Made by a program: the position numbers and the translations under genes. The notes below the pieces were generated by a model. The model did not search any database, was not told where the DNA came from, and was given only the letters and a program-made list of their open reading frames with translations. A stretch of DNA of 64,000 nt from Octopus vulgaris. Taxonomy: Eukaryota. How positions within the stretch are numbered: position 1 is the stretch's first letter; every line of letters starts with the position of its first letter. Positions 1 through 14,110 of this stretch are shown here, in pieces. The stretch covers positions 21,390,001-21,454,000 of the forward strand of contig OX597832.1 in the NCBI GenBank assembly GCA_951406725.2, in the 5' to 3' direction.

Positions 1-49
1 AGAAAACGACATCAACAGTAACAATCGTATAATGCTAATAGCCAGATAA

Positions 50-810
50 GAGGAGGGAGGATGAGGTGGTGGTGGTGGTGGTGGTGGGAGGAAGGGAGGA
101 GGAAGGGATGATGAAGGGAGGAGGAGATGGAAGAAGAAGAGAAGGAACAAGAGGAGGAGAAGGAAGTGGAGGAGGAGGAGGAGGAGGAAGAGTAGGAGGA
201 GAAGGAAGAAGGGTAGGAGGAAGAAGGAAGAAGGAAGAAGAGGGGGAAGAAGAGGAAGCGGAGGAGGATGCGGAAGATGAGGCGGAAGGGATGCGGAGGA
301 TGTGGAGGAGGAGGAAGGGAGAAGGAGGAAAGGGAGGAAGATGAAGATGAAGAGGAGGAGGAGGGGGAGGAGAAAGAAGAAGAAGAACAACAACAACAAC
401 AAGGTAAAGAGAAAGAGAAGTTGTTGCTGAGGAGGAGGAGGGGAGGAATAAAAAGAAGAAGAGGAATAAGAATAAAATTAAGTAAAATGGCCAAGAAGAA
501 GGCGCAGAAAGTGGAGGAGGAGAGGGAAGAAAGAAGGAAGGAGGTGGAGGAAGTGGAAGAGGAGGAGGAATGAAGGAAGAGTTGTGGTAGAAGAGGAGGA
601 GGAGGAGGAGGAGGTGAAGAAAGGGAAAATGAAATAGAAGTTAACAAAAAAGTTGAAGATAAAGGGATAGAAGAAGAAGAAGAAGAAGAAGAAGAAGAAG
701 AAGAAGAAGAAGAAGAAGAAGAAGCGGAGGAGGAGGAGAAGAAGAAGAAGAACAGAAGGGGTAGGAGGACGAGGGGAGGAGGACAGAAATCAAAGAAGAA
801 AAGCAAGAAG
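50..810. repeat. Purine-rich low-complexity tract (GGA/GAA)n
   Basis: Degenerate GGA/GAA triplets, with a pure (GAA)n run at about 669-723. Confidence 0.95.
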
Positions 811-1621
811 TAGAACCTCTACTCCTACTACTACAATAACATCCACAATAACAGCAACAGCAATACGAGCTGCATCAATGCCACCACCACCAGAACAACA
901 ACAACAACAACAACAACAGCCAATGAAAGGAACAACAACAACAGCCAACGAAAGGAACATTGATAAGATACCTTACGAGAGAAACGAGAGAAAATTACAC
1001 AATTAAGAAGGCAAACTTTTTTTTTCCTCCTCTTCCATTGCGATTACTACTGCTGCTGCTGATGATGATGATTGTAATGATGATGATGTTGATGATGATG
1101 ATGATGATGATATTGTTGTTGTTGGTGGTGGTGCTGGTGTTATTGGCGTTGGCGCTGCACTGAAAGAAACTCATACAGCTGTTTAATAAAAAGCGACAAA
1201 TGTGCGAGATGATTTCGCTGTTGTACTTTAGACGGTTTTCTTTTGTGGACGGAACAATGGGCACAAAGATGTTATCCTCCTTCTGTAAAAAGGCTATCTT
1301 CATACACACAAAAATAACATGGCGTTTTTGTATTTATTTTAGTCGTTCATTTTCTTCTTTTGGTTTTTTGGTTTTGTTTTGTTTTGTTTTGTTTAAAGAC
1401 AGGCTTCAGGAATCAAATAAAATCTGATTTCGTATGGAGAATGAATGATGAATAAATGAGAAAGAATCAATGAAAATGAATGAAATGGAATGAAATGGAA
1501 TGAATGAGAGAATGAGTGGTTTTGAAAGAAAATAAAAGATGGCGGCGGCATCGGCGTGTTTTTTAGAAAGCGGAGGAGTTTCGGAGGGAAACAACAAGAA
1601 TAAGATTACAAATAAAAATAA

Positions 1622-1708
<87 letters not shown>

Positions 1709-1822
1709 AATAATCAAATTAAAAAATAATTAAAAAAATACTATATATGATAATAAACAAGTAATAATTTATTTTATTGCCACAGGAGCGACGGATAGTG
1801 GTCCAATCGAAGGACAATAATG

Positions 1823-1858
<36 letters not shown>

Positions 1859-1892
1859 TTAATAATAATAACAATGATAAACCATAGTATGT

Positions 1893-1947
<55 letters not shown>

Positions 1948-1956
1948 CGATGATGA
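1622..1956. repeat. (AAT)n and (GAT)n microsatellites
   Basis: Read directly from the sequence. Confidence 0.95.
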
Positions 1957-2179
1957 TTTAATAACAATGTGGTTTTTATTGTCTATAAAATATAGTAATA
2001 CTTACAGAGAGAGGAGAAGAGAGAGGAAGGAAAGCGAAAATGGATTCCAAGGACGCATGGACTATTGAAAATGATTGTATATATACATGCATACATACAT
2101 ATAATATATACATATGACTATACAAACTCAGATACATATATACACATATATATATAAGTGTATGCTTGTGTGTATTCTT

Positions 2180-2390
2180 TTGTTCTTTTATACTTTCACT
2201 TGTTTCAGTTATTTGACTGCGGCCGTGCTGGGGCACCGCCTTTTGTCGAGCAAATCGACCCCAGGATTATTCTTTCTAAACATAGTACTTATCCTATCGG
2301 TCTCTTTTGCCAAACTGCTAAGTTACGAGGACGTAAACGCACAAGTATCGGTTGTCAAGCGATGTTGATGGGACAAAAACAGACACACAA
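2180..2390 (-). mobile_element. SINE family A, 3' half
   Basis: Minus strand reads CGCTTGACAACCGAT...GGGGTCGATTTGCTCGAC...GGCGGTGCCCCAGCACGGCCGCAGTCAAATAACTGAAACAAG; recurs at 16360, 22015, 29412, 30120, 30965, 53760. Confidence 0.85.
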
Positions 2391-2392
2391 AC

Positions 2393-2423
<31 letters not shown>

Positions 2424-2467
2424 TACATGTACATACACACACACACACACACATACGTATATATACT

Positions 2468-3441
2468 GCTGAAATTTACAGAAAAAAAGACGAAGACAGG
2501 TGTATAAACAACAAGCAGGTGTATTAGTTTGACGCTCGGGAAGGTGTGAGAGTATTTTACATTTCGAGCCTACGCTCTTCAACAGAAAGGAACACGATGA
2601 AATAAAAAGAGAGAGAATAAAACAACTTGTGGCGTTAGCGGTCAATCATGGCGACTGGTTGGACAAAGGTAGTTAGACAGGAGAGCTAGGAAGATGGGGA
2701 GATAATAAAGTACTGGGGATCCCAAAACGAAGGTGCGAGTGCGTGTATGTGAGAGTGTGTCTGTATGTGTGTGAATAGGTGGTGTGTGGTGTGGTGTGGT
2801 GTGGTGTGGTGATGTTCAGTGTAGGATTGTGAGGGTAGGGTGTGGGTTTTGGCTGGGAATGTGGGGGGGTCGATGAAGGGGTGTCAAGGAAGAGAGAAGG
2901 TGGGTAGGTGTGAAGAGAGGAATTAGGTGTCAGATGAAGAGGAGACGAAAGGAGTCAGATGAAGAGGGGATAAGAGTTGAGCCCATTAGGGGCAAAGGAG
3001 CGAAGTGAGAAGATTAATCCTTGTTCAGGGCGAAGGTGGGAGTCCGGGTGGCCCCTGTGCTAGGACAATCTGAACACAGACTGGTGTTGTAATAAATTAC
3101 CGGTAGAGCAGAAGCGGCGCGAAACCGGGGTGTCACTGCCGCGTCTAATGTCTCAGAGATACTCCGCGAACCGTTTGACCGATGTACCGATGTACCGATG
3201 TACCGAGAAGGACAGAAAGAGCAGGAGATGCAGTAAATGACGTTGTTAGAAGTGCAGGCAAGGGAGTCAGGGATATGATATCGACAATGATGGTTGCCTG
3301 TGAGGATGGTGGTGTTGGAGAGGTATGGGCAAATGCGGCTGCGTGCGCGGGAGCAGGGTTGGGAGGTGGGAAAGATGTGCGAAGTGGAGGGTTCGGACTG
3401 GAGTTGCCGGAAGGCTCGGAGAATGGTGCATTGGAAGGGCA

Positions 3442-3443
<2 letters not shown>
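2468..3443 (-). mobile_element. Penelope-like retroelement 3' fragment: degenerate GIY-YIG endonuclease, 3' UTR and terminal repeat with a hammerhead-like motif
   Basis: Minus translation CSRARSRICPYL..ACTSNNVIYCISCSFCPSRYIG, then after a frameshift RFAEYL..PVSRRF..EQGLIFSLRSFAPNGLN. The terminal module (2468-2600) recurs at 8750, 42170 and 56086. Bounded by (TA)n. Confidence 0.85.
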
Positions 3444-3506
<63 letters not shown>

Positions 3507-4284
3507 GCGACTCCAGATCATCAGCGTCACTCGGGCTCTTCACATATTTCACATAAGACACATGCCTGCTCGAAGTATTTCCCCGTTTTCCGCTTTATTT
3601 CTAGCCCAAAATGACCTATTTTTTATATATAGCACTATGTCTTTTTTCATTTCTAAGTTAAGAGTAAAAATATAGCAACCCTACAGAACACAACTGATCT
3701 TTACACACAGACGCACAGAATAACACCAATCAAATAACGACAGCAAAATGCACAAGAAACGTCAGCGATCTGATTGTCGCCTGTTCTCTTGACAAGAGAT
3801 GCCATTTAGTCTTTTACCAGGTTCATTCGTATTAGCCCAAGTTGTTGGATAATTTTTCGTTCCTTAAAGAATATTATAGAACGGAAACTTTTCATAGATT
3901 GGAATTTAAATCCTAATCTCTATAGAAATTTATTATTTCAAGAAAACATTGAACTTAAATAACTTTTAATTCTTACGATTATAGATAACGACTCGGGTTG
4001 AAACTTCTGAGCCCGAGTCAGGCACGTGTGAACGATGTCGAGAGAACGTCTGCTACGAATGATATTTTTTGACAAAGACACCTCTAATACGACTGCCAGA
4101 CGCTGAACGAAATTAAATGAACTGCGACCAGACACAATAAAAGGAGCTCGAGTTATTGGCTACGATCACATTCTTGAAGTCAGTGTTGGCAGCAATTAAA
4201 TCAGCTTGCAAATACACGTCCACTTTGCTAAATTTATACTCCGGCTAAGCCCGAACAGCCCGTGTACCAGGGTCGCCACTGACA

Positions 4285-4550
<266 letters not shown>

Positions 4551-5169
4551 ATTTTTTCATATAAAAATTAGTGTACATTTAAACACAAAGAGGCGAGCCT
4601 TAACAGGTTGCCTAACATACTAGAAAGACCAGTCAAAAAGTCCAAAAGCACAGTTAAGAGTGATTTCGAAGGGAATGACAAATTAAAAAAAACATTTACC
4701 ATGTTATACAGCCGGACCTCAGGTTTCGAACTTTAATTAGCAAATATATAATTTGCAAGGCGAAGTTCTCATCAGCGGATACGACAAATCCTTAACATAT
4801 AAATTAGAGACCAAATAACACGTGTCTCATCCTCATATATTATAATTTTTCAAATCCTCCACGCAAGCGGAGTTTCAATCGGCAGCAAATAAAAATTCCG
4901 ATTAAACTTCAGAAATTGGTAAAATCATTTCTCAAAATTAATATAGAGTAGGAAAAATTATAGAAATGTTTTCTACTAGTGGCCTAGTATGTATACAAAG
5001 TTAATGCACATATTTTTCATATGAATATTAGTGTACGTTTAAACACGAAGGGGCGAGCCTCAACAGGTTGCCTAAGTTTCTAGAAAGACCAGTCAAAAAG
5101 TCCTAACCACGAGTTAAGAGCAATTTCGAAGGGAATGAAAAATAAAAACATCTACCATGTTTTACAGCC
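4551..5169 (-). mobile_element. Retrozyme-like element: ~460-bp unit plus ~160-bp terminal direct repeat, carrying a type I hammerhead
   Basis: 4551-4713 is a diverged direct repeat of 5011-5169; hammerhead at 4702-4785; (GATA)n on both sides. Confidence 0.75.
4702..4785 (-). ncRNA. Type I hammerhead ribozyme, intact core
   Basis: Minus RNA: CCG-CUGAUGA-GAACUU..GCAAAU UAUAU AUUUGC..AAGUUC-GAAA-CC UGA G-GUC^CGG. Core, stems I/II/III and a GUC site are all present; predicted cut between 4715 and 4714. Confidence 0.85.
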
Positions 5170-5186
5170 AGATAGATAGATAGATA

Positions 5187-5305
5187 TCTTTATTAGCCAT
5201 ACAGGGCTGAACACAGAGGGGACAAATTACAAAGGAGAGCTTTTCTTTTTGGAGAGAGAAAAAAAAGGAGGGTTAGGTTTTCCATCAAAAGGGATCGTAA
5301 AAAAA
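5187..5305 (-). mobile_element. Retroelement 3'-end fragment embedded in (GATA)n
   Basis: Minus TTACGATCCCTTTTGAT...CAGCCCTGTATGGCTAATAAAG; homologous copies at 16645-16882, 37238-37355 and 53607-53720. Confidence 0.7.
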
Positions 5306-5316
5306 AGATAGATAGG

Positions 5317-5393
<77 letters not shown>

Positions 5394-6185
5394 CGAGGGA
5401 GGGAGGCAGATAGACTTAAGAAAGTGCAAAGCTGACAGATTTAAACCATTTTCTAGAGTATTTGGCAGTATCTGTTCCGAGTCACTGCTCTCCGAGTTCG
5501 AATCCATTCCAGACCACCTTCGACTTTTATTTGTTCCAGTCGATAAAAAATTAGTGCGAAACGGAAGCAGTGGATTGGCGGAACAGTTAAAGGTAAAGCT
5601 AAAACTATTTTTAATCATGCCATGCATCTGCAAATATTATCATAATTAGGTCTCGTTCGCTCTTAGACTTTTAGCATATTTTCATAGCCATTCGGCCATG
5701 CTACACCTACAATTATGCATAAAACTATTTATGACCAAGAGCTTTGATAACGGTGGTAGTTCCACACTATGAATGGAAATCAAGTGTACCGAATCCGTAA
5801 TTCTATAGATCAGAAGTCAGTCTAAGAAGAAAGCAAATGAGTTCAAGATACAAAAGACATAGAATTGCTGCTGTTGTTGTTGCTGCTGCCGCTGTTGTTG
5901 CTGTTGCTGTTGTCTTCACTGGTAGGTCACACGTACTGAGAAGAGCATTGTTGCTGTGAATTTTCTTTCCCTTTTTTCCCCTTTTACTATATTTGTTTAC
6001 TTTTCTATTTTTTGTTTTTTTTTATTTTTCCTCTCTCTTTCTTCCCCTTTTCTCTCTCTCACATGACTCTGTAAATTAACAATGGCCTACCAATATATTT
6101 CATACTTTTCTCTGCTCTAGGTGTCAGGAAGACACTCGGCAAGAAATGGAAACAGAATTGAAAGAACATGCTAATGATGATGATG

Positions 6186-6262
<77 letters not shown>

Positions 6263-6410
6263 GTGAAGCTCAAATAGTGTGTGTATTAGTTATATGTAAT
6301 TATGGATTTATATATATATATATCTTTATCTACATACACACACACGCAGACACACACACATACATCAGACACACACACATATACGCATGTAGCAGAAACG
6401 TATATATACA

Positions 6411-7303
6411 CGAGGTCTGATCAATAAGTATCCGGACTGTTGCCATACTAATGAATTTGAAGCACGCAGAGCAAAGCTGGTAGGCAAAGATTGACCTTAA
6501 ACGCTGCTGTGCATGCGCACTAAGCTTTAACATTCTAGTTCACTTCTGCAATTTACAGCAACGCTTGAAAGGAAGGTGTGTAGCGTGTGATCGTCGCATT
6601 GACCATGACAGAGAAAGTTGTCATGGCGATACCCGCTCAGAGGCCTACGCAAAGTTGCAGAAAGTGTATAGAGAAGTGTGTTTGAGCCACACACAAGTGT
6701 AGGAGTGATTCAGGTATTTCCAGGATGGCTGAAAAATGTCGATATTGACGAATGTTCTGGGAGACCTGAAACCAACAGAAGTGAGAAAAACATCGCAGAT
6801 GTGTGCAGTTGTGAGGGGAAATCGTCGAATCACCATCCGTGAGTTATGAGAGGATGTGCAGATTAGTTACGGTTCAGTTCAGTCCATTATCACTGAAGAT
6901 TTGGATATGAGTCACGTGTCAGCGAAGTTTGTGCCAAAACTGCTTTCGGCTGACCAAAGCGACACTCGTGTTTCAGTTGCACAAGATCGCCTTGATTGTG
7001 TCCAGAACGATGAAAAACCTTGTGAAAGCTTTTCGTAGGCCTCTGAGCAGATATTGCCAAGCCCTTGACAAAATTTGATGCAGATTCTCTGGTCAACTTT
7101 CTCTGTTATGTTCAACACGACGATCACACCGTACACACCTTCTGTCCAAGCACCGCTGTAAACAGTGCAAGTGAGATTGAACGTTAACACATACTGCGCA
7201 TGCCCAGCCGAGTCCAAGGTCAATCTGTGCAAAGAGGCTTTACTCTGCGTGCTTTAGCTTCGTTACTATGGCAACAGTCCGGATACGTATTGATCGGACC
7301 ACG
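6411..7303 (+). mobile_element. Non-autonomous mariner derivative with ~250-290-bp inverted arms and a transposase N-terminal pseudogene
   Basis: Termini CGAGGTCTGATCAATAAGTATCCGGACTGTTGCCATA and TATGGCAACAGTCCGGATACGTATTGATCGGACCACG-TA. Internal peptide NRRITIREL*EDVQISYGSVQSIITEDLDMSHVSAKFVPKLL matches the mariner HTH and WVP-type linker. Confidence 0.9.
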
Positions 7304-7342
<39 letters not shown>

Positions 7343-8067
7343 ATATATATATATATATATATATACCCCTACAGGTATTCATATGAATACAATTATAGGA
7401 ATGTCTATATATGCATATATATACATATATATATATGTAGATATATGTAGATAAACACACTCATATATATATGCATACATATATACACACATAAATTCAT
7501 ATTCATATATACATATTTACGAAATTATTCCAACTAACATCCACACGTTGACCCACACGCACATATTTGCAGATACACAAACACACACTCACATACACAC
7601 ACACATGCGTGTGTGTGTGCATATGTGTATACATGTATGCATGTGTGTGTGTTTGTCCGATTATGTGTTCACTTTTTGATGTGCGTATGCATACGTAAGT
7701 CAATATATCCTTCTGTTTACATTCCGTTTCTTGAAAAGAACAAAAACCGAACAACCGATATCGGCAGCAATGTAAGGACAACAATTAACTGAATGCAAAA
7801 TTAGCGATGCTTAAACAGAAGAACTGGCAAGCGACTAATTTGGCGCATCTGGTCTTTTGGAAGACCGATCTGGCAATGGGACAGATCTGTTATGAATAAG
7901 TGCAATTAATTCTATAGTTTCTTAAAGACAGCGTTTGTATTTTCGTTTTCAATTATATTCCAATTTTGTTTCTGTTTAAAATGGCGGCTGACCCTGACGT
8001 ATGCCGTTTCTGTTTGTTTAGAGACATATCGAGTAACTGGGTACATTGCACGATTCTGTGTGTGTGT

Positions 8068-8118
<51 letters not shown>

Positions 8119-8166
8119 CTTATATTTATATGCACGTGTGCTGTGTGTGAATGTACGTATATGTAG

Positions 8167-8207
<41 letters not shown>

Positions 8208-8382
8208 CATATATATATATATGTATAGAGAGAGAGAGAGAGAGCGAGAAATAGATATATATATATAGATATATATATATATAAGCATATATATATATAT
8301 CCATATATATATACAAACACATATATACATATATATATATACACACACACAAATATATGTACGTACCTACATATGTAATATG

Positions 8383-8414
<32 letters not shown>

Positions 8415-8418
8415 GCAT

Positions 8419-8470
<52 letters not shown>

Positions 8471-8715
8471 GTATGTATATATACACACACACAAACATGT
8501 GTGCGCGCGCGTGTGTGTGTATAGATATACATCAAGTAACTGTATACTTTAAAGGCTACCTTGTAAGACATGTTCATTTAAACACACTGACGATATATAT
8601 GTATCTATGAAGAAACATAGATAGATAGATAGATAAATAGATAGGTATAGCGATGTATATTTCGAAGCATACACGCATATATACACCTACACATGAATAT
8701 AAGCATATAATATTT

Positions 8716-8749
<34 letters not shown>

Positions 8750-8753
<4 letters not shown>

Positions 8754-8900
8754 TGAAATTTACAGAAAAACAAAAGACGAATACAGGTTTATGAACTTGA
8801 AGCAGGTGTGTTAGTTTGACACTGGGGAAAGTGAGAAAGTATTTTACATATCGAGCCTACGCTCTTCAACAGAAAGGAATAAGAAAAAATATAATAAACA
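8750..8900 (-). mobile_element. Solo Penelope terminal-repeat module with decayed hammerhead motif
   Basis: Homologous to 2468-2600; begins at a (TA)n tract. Confidence 0.75.
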
Positions 8901-9167
8901 GCGATAATAAAAAAAAAAAACGTAAATCAATTCCTGTTGCAAGATTCCTGATGTGAAATCGTGTGTTGAAACAGATATTCTTTTATTTCAGGAAGGTCAT
9001 TTTTTTTTTTTTTTTGACAAATAAACACACGCACTATAAATTTTTTCTTCACCCCTTTATTACTATTCTTATTTTATTATTTTAACTCATGCCCCTTTTT
9101 CCGGAAATCTTTCGTCGCACATCTGTGACCTCTTCTGCGACATTTTTCGTCTTCGCTTGTATTCTTG

Positions 9168-9907
9168 CTCACTTCCTCCAGATTGGAGGTGTGTAACGTG
9201 TGATCGCCGCATTGACTATAACAGAGAATGTTGTCATGGCGATACCAGCTGATACATCGACGCAAAGTTGCATAAAGTGTGTGGAGAGGAGTGTATGAGC
9301 CTCTCACAAGTGTACGAGTGGTTCAGCCGTTTCCAAAATGGCCAACGATATGTTGATATTGACGAATGTTCTGGGGAACCTCCAACTAGCAGAACTGGGA
9401 AGAATATCGCAGATGTATGTGCAGCCGTGAGGGGAAATCGTCGAATCACCATCCATGAGTTATCAGAGGATTTGCAGATTAGTTACGGTTCAGTTCAGTC
9501 CATTATGATGGAAGATTTGGGTAAGAGATGCGTGTCTGCCAAGTTTGTGCCAAAACTGCTGCTCTCAGCTGACCAAAAAGCACTCGCGTTTCGGTTTCAC
9601 AAGATCTTGACTGCATCGAGAACGACGAAAACCTTGTGAAAACCTTTCGTAGGCTTCTGAGCAGGTATTGCCAAGCTTTTGGCAAAATTTTATGCAAATT
9701 CTCTGCTCAACATTATGTATTATGTTCAATGCAATGATCACCCCAACATCGGTACATTGCAAGCATTGCTGTAAACAGCTGAATTGAGCTAGAAGTTAAA
9801 ACTTAGCGCACATGCCCAGCAGAGTTCAAGGTCAATCTGTGCCAAGCGACTTCATTTTGCAAGCTTTAGCTTCGTCAATAGTCCGGACACTTATTGACCA
9901 GACCTTG
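9168..9907 (+). mobile_element. Second copy of the mariner fold-back element, left end truncated
   Basis: ORF 9268-9639 (QVYEWFSRFQNG..SAKFVPKLL); right end AGTCCGGACACTTATTGACCAGACCTTG; same architecture as 6411-7303. Confidence 0.9.
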
Positions 9908-10905
<998 letters not shown>

Positions 10906-11117
10906 AAGGTGACAATCTGGCAGAATCGTTAGCGCGCCGGACGAAATGGTTAGTCGCATTTCGTTTGCCTTTACCATTTGAGTTCAAATTCCGCCGAGGC
11001 CGACTTTACCTTTCTACTTTCGGGATCGATAAAATCAGTACCAGTTGAATACTGGGGTTGATGTAATAGACTTTTTTTTCCACCAAAATTGCTGGAAACG
11101 TGCCAAAATTGAAACGC
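10906..11117 (+). mobile_element. SINE family B (tRNA-derived)
   Basis: TGGCAGAATCGTTAGCG..GAGTTCAAATTCC (B-box-like)..GATAAAATCAGTACCAG; flanked by (TTA)n; many copies in the window. Confidence 0.85.
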
Positions 11118-11181
<64 letters not shown>

Positions 11182-11794
11182 TTTATTTATTTATTAGGCT
11201 AATTATTTTCTTTTCTTTGTCTTTATTTCAGAAAACAAACCAAATAATTATATTACATTTATGGTTTGATTCTCATTCCGGGTTTTCGTATTCTTTCTTA
11301 ATTTCGAACAGTTATCATTTCTTCTTTCTTATTATTCTTCTTTGCTTTCTTATATATATTTCTCTTCATTTTCGAGAACATTCCAGATGGATTAAGGACC
11401 TTATTGTTTCCATATATATTTATTATTTATATCATATTATATTTTAATTTTTATTTTCACTTTACTCCGATTATTTAAACGAATTTATTAAAAAAATATT
11501 TCTTTGCATTTTTTTTTTCCTTTCCTGTAGAGAATTGAATATTTTTCTTTTGTGGTCGTCGTGATGGTCATGGGGGTAGTGACGATGATCAGGCTTTCAG
11601 TATTTTCCAAATATTTTCTTCTATTTCGTCTTTCCTTCCCCTTGCCCGTTACTGTTACTACCATTATTGTTATTATTATTATCATTATTATTATTATTAT
11701 TTTTATTTTTACTATTATTGTTATTATTGTTATTATCATCATCAGCATCACCATCAGCATCATCATCATCATTATTATTATTATTATTATTATA

Positions 11795-11871
<77 letters not shown>

Positions 11872-12066
11872 TAGTATTGTTATTATGATCATCATCATTA
11901 TTATTATCATCATTATTATTGCTTGTTATCATTGCTGCTGTCATTATCATTATTATCATTTTTTATCAGTTATTATCAATACTATTACTTATTATTATTG
12001 TTATTATTATTTATTTTATTCTTATTCTTCTTATTATTATTAATAATAATATTATCATTAGTATTG

Positions 12067-12138
<72 letters not shown>

Positions 12139-12487
12139 TATTTATTTATTATTTTTTTCCGCCTCCCACTCTCCCATAAGAATGCAATGCTTGCATGAAC
12201 GAGTTTTGTCGGATGCCAACATTCTCAGTCGGCTGAACATTCTGATAACTGGTAGCAGAATGAAAGACTACACCAAGCACAACAACAACAACAGCTACAC
12301 CAGCAACACCAGCAACACCAGCAACAACAACAATGATAACGGCAGCCACAGTAGCAACAAGTGCAGCAATAGGGACAACAACAACAACAAATCCAACAAC
12401 GAAACACACAATGCCATATAATAGCGTCAACAATTAAAATGAAAGAGCAAGAAAATGCAATGATAATTAATGAAGACGACAACGACG

Positions 12488-12822
12488 ATGGTGGTGGTGA
12501 TGGTGGTGGTGGTGGTGGTGGTGGTGGTGGTGGTGGTGGTGGTGGTGGTGGTGGTGGTGGTGGTGGTGGTGGTGGTGGTTGTGGTGGTGGTGGTGGTGAT
12601 GGTGGTGGTGGTGGTGGTGGTGGTGGTGGTGGTGGTGGTGGTGGTGGTGGTGGTGGTGGTGGGGGTGGGGGTGGGGGTGGGGTGGCTAGGGGTTGGAGGG
12701 TGGTGGTGGTGGTGGATGATGATGTTGATGCTGATGAGGATGATGGTGGTGGTGGTGGTGGTGGTGGTGGTGGTGGTGGTGGTGGTGGTGGTGGTGGTGG
12801 TGGTGGTGGTGGTGGTGGTGGC
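12488..12822. repeat. (GGT)n microsatellite
   Basis: Read directly from the sequence. Confidence 0.95.
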
Positions 12823-13669
12823 AGGAGTTGTGAGGGTGACAATGATGTAAGGAGGATGATGATGTTGATGCTGATGAGGATGAGAGTGGAAAGGATAGAT
12901 GGTGGGACATTCGTGATGGTAGTGATGTTGGTGGTGATGATGATGATGATGATGATGATGATGTTAATGATGATGGCGGTGAGGAGAGGAAGAGGACGAC
13001 GTGGATGTTGTTCGTGATGAGGAAGACGAATTTAATGGTGATGGTGAGGTTGATGCTAATGAGAGCGTCATGAGTATGATAATGATGATGAGGAGGGGAT
13101 TGTTGGAGGAGGGGGAGCTTTGGAGGTGGAGAATGAGGAAGAGAAAGTGTTGGAGGAGGAGGGGTGTTGGAGGAGGAGGAGTGTTGGAGGAGGAGGGGTG
13201 TTGGAGGAGGAGGAGTGTTGGAGGAGGAGGAGGAGGAAGTGGAGGAGAGAAGGAGAGGGAGGAGGAGAAGGAGGAGGAGTGGGAGAGTGGGAGAGAGAGG
13301 AGGAAAAAGAGAAGGAGGGGAGGAGGGGGAGGGAAGAGTTAGAGGAATAAGAGGAGGAGGAGGAGGAGGAGGAGGAGGAGGAGGAGAAAGTAACATTAAC
13401 TTTGTGTAAACGGTTGATACTTTCCTCGACATTCACGATGATGATACAAATAGCCTTCATCGCAATGATGATGACGATGAGGAGGAAATAGGAAGAGAAG
13501 GAGGAAGGAGAAGAATAGGATAAGAAGGATGGCGATATTGCTGTGACAGTGACAGCAACAACAGGATCGATAAGAACAACAACAATCAGATAAAATAATC
13601 AATAATCACAAAAAATGATTTGCTTATTCATTCAATAAATTCTTTTAATTACTAATAAATATAACATCA

Positions 13670-14110
<441 letters not shown>

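Noticed and set aside
7845-7895. Short hairpins as a possible miRNA precursor
   Set aside because: Stems are too short and I recognise no mature sequence
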